The notes under the pieces are model-generated. The model was not told where the DNA came from and did no database searches. It worked only from the letters and a program-made list of their open reading frames with translations. A stretch of 64,000 nt of DNA from Adineta vaga. Taxonomy: Eukaryota > Animalia > Rotifera. Location: NCBI GenBank assembly GCA_021613535.1, contig CP075496.1, positions 9,672,001 to 9,736,000 on the forward strand, given 5' to 3'. Position numbers and translations under genes: made by a program. Below, piece by piece: positions 27,348-38,789 of this stretch. The stretch's first letter is position 1. Each line of letters opens with the position of its first letter.

Positions 27348-28459
27348 ATGACTTCAACAACATCGAGAATGTCTTGTACAACATGTCAACAAGCAGTTGG
27401 ACAATTTAAATGTGAAGGTTGTTTACAAACATTTTGTATGAAACATGTTATCGAACATCGACAGATGTTAAATCAACAATTAGATGAGATTATTCTTGAA
27501 AAGGATTCCATTCGACAAGCAAATCATCGAACTAAAAATCGACAAGAATCTCTTCTTGATTCAATCAATCGATGGGAACAAAAATCGATCGAGAAAATAC
27601 GACAATTCGCAACTAAGATTCGAAAAGTTCAACAGAAGGAAGTCATACATAGTGGCATAGATCGAATTTTAGTACAAGATTTACAGAATCTTACTAAACG
27701 AATAAAGAAAGCACGTATAAATGAAGATTTCTTCGAAAATGATCTACAAGATTGGATATTATCATTAAATCAATTAAGACAACAGTTGGAGACTAGTTCA
27801 TTAACAATAGATTTCGAAGAGGATCAAACTCAACCACTTATTTATCGAATTCGAATGAATTCATCCTCTTCTGAGATGAAGTCAACTGTTTCTGATGATA
27901 ACGAAAGATCTAATTCATCTTCAAATAATTCAAATGTCTTGATATCCAATGAGAAATTCGAGTATTGTTATGGTAATGCAAAAATTGAAAACAATGGTCG
28001 ATTGATTACGAATGGTAATGATAGTTTTTTCGGTACTGAAGTTCGTGGAAAACTTGAATATTCTTCCGATAAATATTGTCTTCGTTTTCGAATAGAAAAT
28101 AATCCTTCAAAAATATTGATTTTTATTGGTATTATTAAAAAAAAAACATGGGTGGGAATCTTTTTATAAATTCATTAGTCTATGGTTGGGGAGATTATAG
28201 TGATTATTTTCTTGCTGGTAAACGACAGAAAGATGATAGTGACGTTTTTTTTACTCATACTCATGAAAAAGATATTATCGAATTCATCATTGATTGTTCA
28301 ACACAAAAAATTTGTTACAAAAATCTCCGTCATCAAAGAAGACAAGTGTTAAGTATTGATATGGACAAATGTCCGTTTCCATGGCAACTATATATTAGTC
28401 TTGGTGGACGAGCAGATCAAATAAGTCTCATAGATTCATCATCAACAACGACGGCATAA
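27348..28459 (+). CDS. B-box zinc finger, coiled coil and SPRY-like domain (RING-less TRIM-like), frameshifted at A10 run 28137-28146
   Basis: CTTC...CEGCLQTFCMKHVIEH B-box and a coiled coil. The beta domain VRGKLEYSS...IFIGII continues in the -1 frame as YGWG...DIIEFIIDC...FPWQLYISL. Confidence 0.75.
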
Positions 28460-28561
28460 TAATTCGATACTTTTTACAAAACAAGACATGAAAGTCATTG
28501 ATGGATTACTTTTGTTATATTTCAATGAATATGCTAATAGAAACTTATTTTTTCCTTGCTA

Positions 28562-28745
28562 GAGAACGTTTCGATTATGCTAAATTTGATGATACATCTT
28601 CTGTATGTTCTAGCATCTATGGCACATATTTACATGGGACTAATCTTGGAAATTCGATTTTCAATGATACAGTATTTCAGATACTGATGTATCAACCGCA
28701 AAATTAACAGATGATCAAATAAAACGAGCAATTTCTATTAATACA
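28562..28745 (+). pseudogene. possible remnant of a pentapeptide-repeat protein gene
   Basis: After acceptor ctag: ERFDYAKFDDT...TYLHGTNLGNSIFNDT, then shifted DTDVSTAKLTDDQIKRAISIN. Five-residue periodicity is visible. Confidence 0.3.
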
Positions 28746-28957
28746 GTAATATCGGGTAGAAACAATTACAACAAGCATACTCTAAGATTAATTAACACAA
28801 CTATTGTCATTTAAGTTAATGAAATATTAACTGTAGAATGACAGGTGAAAATTTCGTTTGATTTGAATTGAGAAATTATTTGAAAAATAGATTTCATCTT
28901 TGTTTATTTATTGCTGGAATAGAAGATATAACAGAAGAAAAAAAAAATTTCATCTTT

Positions 28958-29164
28958 TTATGGTCTATTATTCTTAATATCATGTTCACTTATTACATCT
29001 TGTTTTTTTGTATTTTGTTGATCATTTCCTTGACCAGCATCTTGTTTATTTCGATCACCAGTACCACCTGATGGTGACGGAACAAGCGAATTTTCAGCGT
29101 TTTGACCTTCATGATGTAGAGTTATACCAAAACCGGTAGAATTAGTATTGGAAGATGAGGACAT
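28958..29164 (-). CDS. small hydrophilic, probably disordered protein (68 aa)
   Basis: ATG-initiated ORF rich in S/G/N/Q/D, more GC-rich than its flanks. No homology recognised. Confidence 0.4.
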   Translation of the reverse strand: MSSSSNTNSTGFGITLHHEGQNAENSLVPSPSGGTGDRNKQDAGQGNDQQNTKKQDVISEHDIKNNRP

Positions 29165-29481
29165 TTCTATTTAATATCGAAAAACAAAAATGAAGAGCAA
29201 TAAGTACACTTTTATAATATCTTAGAATATTCTCTTTCTCTTCTTTCAATTCTTATCGTAATTTTCGTTCTATTTTTCTCTTGCTAATATACGATGCAAT
29301 GTGATATATCTCTATTTGTTAAATTTAAAACGACTACCTAGTTTGATTGTAGATAAAAATTTTTCTTTAATAAAAGACTTGAGCGATATCTATAATAAAA
29401 TAATCGTATTGTTAGGTATTATTTGACGAATGAAAACGTGAAATAATCTGATTCTAGCAGCACATGTGTATAGTTTAGAAG

Positions 29482-30296
29482 ATGGCGTTTAACTCAACTG
29501 ACGCAACAAATTGGACCCGTTCTGATAATTATCATAATCATTTCCTCATTTCTTCTGATGCTGCCCTTCATTCTGCTTTAAAATTGAGTGAAGAAAATGG
29601 TCTACCTCCTTATGCAGTCAGTGAAGCTCAAGGGAAATTTTTAAATCTTCTAGCAAAAAGTATTCAAGCACGTCGTATATTGGAAATAGGAACACTTGGA
29701 GGGTATATACAAATTCAGTTATTGATTTATTCTACTTATTTATATGTGTACTATCTATCATGTAGATATTCTACTATCTGGTTTGCTAAATCACTTCCAC
29801 CGGATGGTGAAATTGTAACTTGTGAAATATCTGAAGAGTATGCAAAAGTAAGAATAATTTGATGACTTCATCGTTAGAAACAGATAAACTTAAATATGCA
29901 TGGTTGATATAGATTGCACAGAAAAATATTGATAATGCCGGTTTAACTAATAGAGTAAAAATTTTAATTGGTCCTGCAACGACAACACTTCCGAATATAA
30001 ACTCAGATAGAAGTTTTGACTTAGCTTTTATTGATGCAGATAAACAATCAAATGTTGACTATTTTATTCAAGCAAAACGATTAGTTAGAAATGGAGGTAT
30101 TATTATTGTTGACAATGTCGTACGTAATGGATGCGTAGCTGATCTATCACAAAGTGATCCAAGTATTGAAGGTGTTCGTCGATTGTTAGAATACATTCAA
30201 AATGATTCAACCGTTGAAGCAACTACTATCGGAACTGTTGGAGAAAAAGGTTACGATGGTTTTCTATTTGCAATCAACAAACCTTCGATGGATTAG
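29482..30296 (+). CDS. class I SAM-dependent O-methyltransferase (CCoAOMT/Methyltransf_3 family, fungal-like), 3 exons
   Basis: AVSEAQGKFL, RILEIGTLGGYSTIW, FDLAFIDADK, IIVDNVVRNG, TVGEKGYDGF. Exons 29482-29702, 29766-29847 and 29913-30296 are in phase. Confidence 0.9.
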
Positions 30297-30392
30297 ATTC
30301 ATGTTTAAAGTCTTTCACAAAAAACGCACATATTCACTGTAGTATTTATAAGCAATGATGTTAGAAATTTTATTCAGAAAATAAAACAAACT

Positions 30393-30803
30393 TTAACATT
30401 TGAAATCTTCAGCTTTTACAAGACCAGTTTGTGATGCTTTATTGATCCAATCTTGAATAGCTCCTTTCATCGAACCGTCTCGACTCAATGCCGAAGATTC
30501 ACCTACAGTTCCTACAGCTTTATTTGGACATTGAAATTTAGCATCCCATTTCCATTTGAGTTTTGAAATGCGTCCTTTTAGATTTCCTGTACATGGATTG
30601 CCACAAATAGTAATTGGAGTGTCTTCTCCCCATTGATGAACTTTCCAAATTGAATCAGCGAGCGCACCAATGCAAGCAACATAAGTACCTGTGAGCAGAC
30701 CTGTTGCACAGGCTTGTGCAGGAAATTCGAATTGTGTTTCAGTTACAATTGAACCAATGAAAATACAGCTTATGAAAGCAAGAATAATAGGTAATTTGTT
30801 CAT
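30393..30803 (-). CDS. anti-lipopolysaccharide factor (ALF/scygonadin)-like secreted protein
   Basis: Signal peptide, cationic/aromatic C-x20-C loop C-TGNLKGRISKLKWKWDAKFQ-CP, then GESSALSRDGSMKGAIQDWINKASQTGLV resembling the ALF C-terminal helices. Confidence 0.75.
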   Translation of the reverse strand: MNKLPIILAFISCIFIGSIVTETQFEFPAQACATGLLTGTYVACIGALADSIWKVHQWGEDTPITICGNPCTGNLKGRISKLKWKWDAKFQCPNKAVGTVGESSALSRDGSMKGAIQDWINKASQTGLVKAEDFKC

Positions 30804-31499
30804 ATTGAATTATCACGACTGTGAATATTCTTGTTGAAACGATAGGAAGAAACTAATCTTATGAGAATCAGACGTGTAGTATATATATATGCAACTGCAA
30901 CACTTGAAAATTAAAATGCGGATAAATCAGATCAATCATCTTATCTGAAGTTTTTGTTTGAATATTATATTATTTGTTTTGATTTTCATGTTAATTCTAT
31001 GTATATTTATCGATATTTAAATTTTGAATTAATTTATATGATGAAGAGCCACTTGAGAGTCAATGCGTATATACTCAAGTGCAGTGAATTGATGGATTTT
31101 CTTGCTTCATTTCATATTATTATATCTTATAGAAAGAAATAAGAGTGCATTGTTTTTTACTATACTTTAAAATTTTATGTAAGTAAATTAGTAATAAAAT
31201 TTATTAGTTTCTGATGAACAATGATCATATCACTATATTCAGAAGGACGTGAATGTCTCCTAGTTCGTAAAGTAAAGAGAATTATGGTTATTGTTCAATG
31301 GTATGCGGTCTATAATAAATAGAATTGAAAATTTTTTAATTTTTATGTATATCCGAATGCATAACCATATTGAATGATTTCATTTGAAACATAGAGTCAT
31401 ATGAGTCATCATACACGTGTTTTACGAATCGCTGCACGTTGTTTTGTTCTTTACCGTTTTCGATTTCGAACGATCTTATCATCATATTCATACTCATAG

Positions 31500-33125
31500 A
31501 TGTCATCTCTCTCAATTCAACAAATTCTCAAAATTCGAGATGAATCCATTCCTCAAGATAGTTTACTAGGAAATTTACTTCCTGATGCATCTGTTCTTGA
31601 CGTAAGTGACATTCCATGTCAGTGTGGTCTTTTAACAAATGATGAAATTACCATTACGGAGAATTATACAGCTTCTCAACTTGTAAACCTATTAGCTCAA
31701 GGTCAATTAACAGCAGAGCAAGTCATTAAAGCTTATATCAAACGAGCTGGTATTGCTCATCAATTAACAAATTGTGTAACTGAATTTCTTAGTGAAGAAG
31801 CTCTTACTCGAGCAAAATATTTAGATGACGAATTTAAAAAACATGGACGAACCATAGGACCACTTCATGGTTTACCAATTTCTGTTAAAGATTATGTAAC
31901 AATGCGTGGACGACGAACAGGTGCAGGATATATAACATGGATGAATAGACCTGGTCAAGATGATGCTCTTATTCTAAAAATTCTTTATGAAGCTGGTGCA
32001 ATATTTTATGTTCGTACTACTCAACCACAAAGTTTAATGCAGTTAGAATGTATTGATCCTTTATATGGCACTACTGTTAATCCATTTAATCGAAATTTAA
32101 CATGTGGTGGAAGTACCGGTGGTGAAGGAGCTCTAGGTGGTTTGAAAGCAACTCCATTAGGTGTAGGAACAGATATTGGAGGAAGTGTACGTTCTCCAGC
32201 TGCAAATAATGGACTTTATGGTTTACGTCCGACAACTTTTCGAATTCCAAAGCAAGGTATAATGGGAATACAATCAGGAAGAGAAAGTATTTTAGGTGTT
32301 ATTGGTCCAATTGCACGTTGTAGAGAAGATATTAATTTATTTATGAAAACAATAATTGATACTGAACCGTGGCTAAGAGAACCAGCTCTTGTGCCTATTC
32401 CTTGGCGATCGATTACATTGAAGACGAATGATCTAACAGTAGCTGTTATGTGGGATGATAATGTTGTACATCCTCATCCACCTATTATTCGAGCGCTTCG
32501 TGAAACAATCGAACATTTGAAAAATTCTGGTATACGAGTTATTGATTGGGAACCTATTGATCATCAAAAAAGTTGGGATATAATTAGTGCACTTTACTAC
32601 TGTAACGGAGCGGAAGAAGAACGTGGTTTAATAGCAGAAACAAATGAACAATTATCACCATTAACAGAATGGATTTTTAATCAACCAAATGTAAAGAAAA
32701 GAAATTGGACGGAAATGAATGAATTAATTTCTGAAAGAGAAAATTATCGAAATCAATATGCACGAATATGGAAAGAACGAGAAGCTGCATACAGTTGTAC
32801 TATCGATTGTCTTCTTACTCCAGTTGGACCATCGGCAGCTCCTCTACATGGTACAGCTAAATGGTGGGGTTATACATCAGTATGGAATCTTCTTGATTAT
32901 CCTGCTGCCGTTTTTCCAGTGACCACTGTCGATCTCATCAAAGATCAAGTAGAAATCGATTATAAACCGAAAAATACATTAGATACTGAAAATTACAGTT
33001 TCTATACATCACCACAGGTTTATGCAAATGCACCGATCGGTTTACAAGTCATCGGTCGACGATATTATGATGAAAAAGTTATGAAATGTATCGAAATCAT
33101 TGAACGAGCTATGGGCAAAGAATAA
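31500..33125 (+). CDS. amidase-signature family amidase (fungal acetamidase/general amidase-like), intronless
   Basis: GPLHGLPISVKD, GGSTGGEG, GTDIGGSVRSPA (Lys-cisSer-Ser triad), YTSVWNLLDYPA. Confidence 0.9.
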   Translation: MSSLSIQQILKIRDESIPQDSLLGNLLPDASVLDVSDIPCQCGLLTNDEITITENYTASQLVNLLAQGQLTAEQVIKAYIKRAGIAHQLTNCVTEFLSEEALTRAKYLDDEFKKHGRTIGPLHGLPISVKDYVTMRGRRTGAGYITWMNRPGQDDALILKILYEAGAIFYVRTTQPQSLMQLECIDPLYGTTVNPFNRNLTCGGSTGGEGALGGLKATPLGVGTDIGGSVRSPAANNGLYGLRPTTFRIPKQGIMGIQSGRESILGVIGPIARCREDINLFMKTIIDTEPWLREPALVPIPWRSITLKTNDLTVAVMWDDNVVHPHPPIIRALRETIEHLKNSGIRVIDWEPIDHQKSWDIISALYYCNGAEEERGLIAETNEQLSPLTEWIFNQPNVKKRNWTEMNELISERENYRNQYARIWKEREAAYSCTIDCLLTPVGPSAAPLHGTAKWWGYTSVWNLLDYPAAVFPVTTVDLIKDQVEIDYKPKNTLDTENYSFYTSPQVYANAPIGLQVIGRRYYDEKVMKCIEIIERAMGKE

Positions 33126-33766
33126 TAAACAAAGGACGTTTTTTTTCGTAGTATTAGATAATTATGATTGCTTCTTTATTTTTCATTAGTTTATACGATG
33201 TGATGAAATAAATTCGATTGTTGAAAATATCTAAAATGACGTTTTTCTCTTCGATAAATTTAGAGGAACGATTCTTTGTTAGTTTAGAAATCTATAGCGA
33301 AGTAAGACGTTATACATATATGTCTGCTATTACACCTTCTTGATCTAGATATGCATAGAATCAAATTGTATGACGTCTTTTAAAAAAAAATTAGTCATTG
33401 TATTTAAAGATAAATAGAACGATAAAGCTAAGTCATTATTTGATAACATTATAGTTCTGTTCTCTTATATTCTAATGCTTATAATCAACATCATATTGTT
33501 TTAAGAACAGAACATCGTTTGTTTTGCTTTACGTAGTCATTGATTTACTTTCTTACTGAATATCTCGATTAAGATTTATCTTAAATCACTGACGATAAAA
33601 TCTGACATTCTCTTGACGCAACGCATGTGAAGTAAATATTTATTTTTGCACTATGACATCTGAGACGAAAAATACCTCTTATATATTCATCAACATAGAT
33701 TCAAAACGTCATATTAATCGTATTTTTTTATTTTTTTCTACATAGATTGAAAGGAATTTGAGCAAT

Positions 33767-34532
33767 ATGTCTTCTCAGTTAGCGATCATCCTATGTCTTC
33801 TATCATTTATTGTGCTCATTTATCCATCGATTGAATTCTCTCAAAATCTTTTTTCTGGTGATTTTCGTGCACCACAAGCACCAAATGGGATTCCTGCTAG
33901 TTATCAAGCTTCTTACGTTCAACATAAATGGGATGCAACTGGTATTTCACATATTTCAACTGGCATGATCTATGCTGACCAGACCGCACATCGTCTTCGT
34001 ATGGATGTCACTTATGGAAGTGTTATTGCTAGTTCATTCTTTGATTATGCAAAAGCGAATAGTGATGGTACAATACCCAACTATGTATATACATTATCAC
34101 CATCAACAGCAGTAGCAGGATCATGTGCACATTATAATGTAACACCAGCATATCCTCTATTTCCATCGACAATTCTTGCTGATTATCAAGCAACATTTTC
34201 GGGATTGGTTACTGATGATCTCTTTTATGCTAATCGAGAACCTTTACAAGCTTGGGATATTTTATTTGGAGGAGTGGTTAGTGTGACATTCTTTCTTGAT
34301 AGTAATAAGACAGTTGTTAGGTAAGACACAAATGAACATTTAATATAATCATCTGGGACAATTTTGTTTTTTTCTTCATAGAATGGACTTTTCATCACCC
34401 TCACGCAGTACATTTACAACAACACGTCTATTCAATATTGTACCAGGTTCACCAGCTGCAAATATTTTTGCTAATCCATGTCCAACAGAATCACCTACAC
34501 CAACATCATCAAGTGGACGTCGAAGTATCTAA
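33767..34532 (+). CDS. secreted beta-rich protein, possibly ependymin-related/LolA-like fold, 2 exons
   Basis: Signal peptide MSSQLAIILCLLSFIVLIYP, ASYVQHKWD...GMIYAD...RLRMD...SSFFDY, C-terminal IFANPCP. Intron 34321-34381 is in phase. Confidence 0.6.
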
Positions 34533-34774
34533 AAAAATATATTTATATCTATATCTACATATATTCTTAAAATAAATCTGAAACAACCTAGTTTTCTGTC
34601 TTATCTTTGATTTATATCGTTTAAAAAAAATGTCTATCTTATTATATTGACGACATAACCCTGTGGTAAAAACGAGCAAATATCGGTTAATCCTATTTAA
34701 TGTTACGTTCTATTGGATATAAAGATCTTATTTAGTATTTATTCAGTTTATTTTCATCGATTAAGTTTAACAAT

Positions 34775-35316
34775 ATGTCAGAATTTTATCTTTTCTTCTA
34801 TTTATCATCTCTTTTGCAAATTGTTTCATGATTAGAAGATTATTTTCATGCTAATTTTCAAACACCTGATCCACCTGAATCGATCGTAGGCGAATGCAAG
34901 CTTCATTCATTCAACATGCTTGGAATCGTTATGACATATCGTAAATTACTACTGGATTGATCTATACTAGTCTATCATTGAAACGTCTTCGTCGAGATAC
35001 TACATTCAGAAGTTCCTAGCGAGTTCATATCTCAGTTATGAAAATATCAACAGTGATGGCATGGGAACTAGTCATGACTAATGCAGAAAACACAATATTT
35101 TATCTCGATCGAAATCATACACTTGTTAGGTGAGATTTCCACGAGTGAATTCTTCATTGTTTGACCTATAGATGATATTCATGCATGACTTTCTTCTCTA
35201 GATACGATTATTCAACTCCTATTCGAAATACATATGGAATAATTCGTCGATTCAATATTACTCCTGGTACTTCAAATATAACTATTTTCACTAATCCATG
35301 TCCATCGAATGTATAA
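34775..35316 (+). pseudogene. decayed tandem paralogue of the 33767-34532 gene
   Basis: ASFIQHAWN, AWELVM, FYLDRNHTLV|R intron at the same position, RFNITPG...IFTNPCP. Internal stop, frameshifts and a large deletion. Confidence 0.7.
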
Positions 35317-35845
35317 CTTATATCAGAAAAATAAATGAAACACTTCTATATATCGTAGAATGAAAAGAATGTTATGAAGAGAAATCGTACATATACTTCA
35401 TATCAGACTGAAACAGTATTAATTGACAAGAATATACTTTGAACTTTTCTATTATTGTCATAAAAAACAGGGTGTAAATCTAACTCATTTATCGATTCAT
35501 ATTTCAAAAGAAAGCAAACTATACTTTTTTGATAAAAGATTAAAAATATCTATATATAGATATAGATATAAAGAAAAAATCGTAATTCAAAAGGCTTATA
35601 CACAAAATACTATCTATTATATGTTTGATGTACTAAAATTTCAAATCTGTTTTCATTAGAAATAAATGAAAAGACGGCGTGTATTTTTACCAGTTTTATT
35701 TATCACAAGATTCACACTCAAAAAACATGACAAGTTAAACTACAAGTGATAATATAATTGTAATTTTAGTTTATAGATATCATAAACCATTTGATGTTTT
35801 TCCTTTTCCATTTACTTATATTTTTTCTTGCCATTTTTTTATCGT

Positions 35846-36573
35846 TTAAAATCCAGTTACTTCAACTACTTCTTGTTCTGGAGTAGTTGAGGCATCAGTG
35901 ACTACAATTGGTTCTGGGGTAGATGGTACTTCAGTGGCTTGTGAGAAGGTAGCTGGTTCGCTTGAACCTTCGGTTGGTCTATGAAAAACGCAAAAATAGT
36001 ATAATTTTTTCTTATAATTTCTGAAGGAAAAGTTCGGTTTCTTACGCAACAGGGGTAGCGGTTGGACGAGGACGATGTGTGCATGGTGGACGAGATGGAC
36101 GTGATCCTCCATGGTGAGGTGGACGTGATCCTCCATGATGAGGTGGACGCCATCCTCCAAAGTGAGGTGGACGCCAGAATCCTGGAAAGAGTGGACGTTT
36201 ACCGTGTTCTTTCGAGCTATAAAATGAAAAAGACATTTATTCATTGCATCTGGTTTCAAGATAAAGAAAATCTGAATTCTTTTAAACTTCATAAAGTTTT
36301 GATATTCTTTCTTTCATCGATACACTTAGATGTCAATCATAAGTTTTTAACGAGCACATATATACTTACTTAGAATCAGAATCAGATTCAGAATCATCAT
36401 GTCCATGTGCAGGTTTAACACCAGGTTTTTGACCGGGTCTACGGCCACCAGCTATAATAACAATCAATATATTCTCTATGAATATGATCAGAAAAGTTTC
36501 ATCATTACTTACAAGGGTGACTGGCAACAACTAATACAGCGACAGCGAGTGCAACAACTGTTAAAAATCGCAT
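35846..36573 (-). CDS. secreted Pro/Arg/His/Gly-rich repeat protein with acidic pro-segment and Thr/Glu-rich tail (4 exons)
   Basis: Exons 36573-36513, 36451-36370, 36216-36046 and 35978-35846 are all in phase: MRFLTVVALAVAVLVVASHP...HDDSESDSDSNSKEHGKR-PLFPGFWRPPHFGGWRPPHHGGSRPPHHGGSRP...EVTGF. Confidence 0.8.
36096..36175. repeat. 24-bp coding tandem repeat (~3.3 copies)
   Basis: tggacgtgatcctccatggtgagg / tggacgtgatcctccatgatgagg / tggacgccatcctccaaagtgagg / tggacgcc. Confidence 0.9.
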
Positions 36574-37421
36574 GTTGTGTTTTGAATGGGACTCACTGTT
36601 GGACAGCATTCTTATATAGTGCTAAACTATATGTTTCTTATTGAAATGTAATCCTTAATTAAATGCTTTCACTAATCTTTGATTGAAAAAACTTAATAGT
36701 ATTTTTTATGAGATTTATAACCTATTTTCCACAAATCTTCATATCAACGATATATTTTGTTTTGTATTGACAAAAGAGTAGGTGTTTTGCAATTAATATC
36801 AGATAAATCAAATTTTTATTGTTTTCAATAAAACTAAAAAATCCATTTGTACTATTTCTTTTTGTACTCAATTTCAAGAATTAGTTTGCATCTATTAATA
36901 CATTGAAATATGAATGTGTTCGAGTTTATACTATTCAAATATTGTTTTTCTTTGAATATGTCACATCACAAAAAAGTAAGAACAACTTTATTTTTGAATA
37001 CAACATGTGATCAAAATATTCGTTGACATACTTTATGGACAAGAAAATTAATCGACATAAACTAAGTAAAAATGACGTCAAGCTGTACATGTTGTTCATC
37101 GTATAAAGGAGAAGAAAAAGAATGATAATCAAGATGGATACTTTTTTGTTGTATCACATGTAAAATCCTTGTAATGACTGTCTCCATCCTTGAGACCAAA
37201 GAAGAATCATAAGACAAAGGAAAAAAAAAGTTTTTTCTACATTCAAATATCTTAACATCATACTTTCATATCCACCAATAAGAGTTTTCATTTTCACAAA
37301 GAATTCATTTTTAGATAATTTCATATAAAAAATATTCATGTTTCTTTATTTACTTGTATTTGTATAGTTCCAGAAATTCAAAAAAAAGCATGTTTAAATA
37401 TGTATATTATAATCATTTTTC

Positions 37422-37919
37422 TTATATCAAAAATAATATCATAGATAATACATCTGATCCAAATTGTGGTAATTGTTCTTGAAAATTCGTTCGATAAAAT
37501 TCTTGTCTAAAACCAGCTCGTTCATACATTCCAATCGCTTTTTTATTTTCAAATTCTGTATGAAGACATATAAAACTATATCTCTGTCTACGTGACCATC
37601 GAATAATATTTTCTAATAATTGTTTACCAATACCGCGACCTTGTGCTGATTTTTTCACGCCGAATAAGATCACATAGAGTCCACCATTTGATCCAACATC
37701 AGTGATCAATGCACAAGCAACACATTCGCCATATTCATATGCACACCAAATATGATTTGCACTTCGTATTGTTTCACGTAAACTATCATATGTATAATCT
37801 TTTTCAAATAATGGTAATAAAACATCTTCTAAATGCCATAATGGATAGTTACGATTTCGTGAAATTTCAGTTGATCCTCGGAAAGATGGATAATATGCAT
37901 TACGATCATACAACATCAT
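37422..37919 (-). CDS. GNAT-family N-acetyltransferase
   Basis: Motif A FGVKKSAQGRGIGKQLL and motif B LHTEFENKKAIGMYERAGF. Confidence 0.85.
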   Translation of the reverse strand: MMLYDRNAYYPSFRGSTEISRNRNYPLWHLEDVLLPLFEKDYTYDSLRETIRSANHIWCAYEYGECVACALITDVGSNGGLYVILFGVKKSAQGRGIGKQLLENIIRWSRRQRYSFICLHTEFENKKAIGMYERAGFRQEFYRTNFQEQLPQFGSDVLSMILFLI

Positions 37920-38789
37920 GACGAACGATTATTGACAAAGATAAACGAAATAATATGTTTTTGTTAGTTGTTATTTATCGTTTCTTCTTTTTTTTTATCC
38001 TACCTTGTAATTACGATTATAATGCACATGTGATCAAGAAACATATGAAGCTTTGAATATTTTGTAATAAAAAACAAACAAAGAAACTATTAACGAAGTA
38101 TTGTATTGAATTTATTTTTTATAATTATCACAGAAATACGAAGAAAAATAATGGATACAATTAAATATTGAAATCAAGGAAAAATCGAAACAGGAAATGA
38201 TCTTCACTTCATTTTAGAAATAGTATCGATCTGTATTTTGGTAACTTTTCCTATTGTTGCAGTTCGAATGATCAAATACGAAATAGAACACCTATGACTG
38301 TAATTATTATGATATTGATATACATAATCAAAATAATGATCGACAGCTGACAGAATATAAATATATATATATATAGATATACAACAATTGTGCGATTGTA
38401 CGTTGCATTTTCATGAACAAGTAATAGAGTGTATGTTTCATTGAATTTCGAATTGTCAGTATATGTGAATGATTTATACGATTTCTTATGAGTATTTGTG
38501 TCTTAAGTCGAGATAATGAAAGCCTGATTGATAGTTATTGTGAATGAATTCTATTAAGACAGAACATCGACGTGAATAGTATTTCGATTCATGTTCGAAA
38601 ATTAACATACTGTAAATATGCTATTCCTTTGAATCTCTTTTCGTCATAATCCTTATTTACAAGCTATATCATTTTCTTATTCATTGATTTAACGATATCA
38701 ATATTCAAAAGTTTTACATCACAAAAACACACTTTCTAGTCAATCACTTATCTTCCATCATCATCATTATTATCATCAAATAATTATAT

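Noticed and set aside
36096-36175. 24-bp repeats as a CRISPR array
   Set aside because: The repeats are contiguous without spacers, are a multiple of 3 and lie inside a coding exon.
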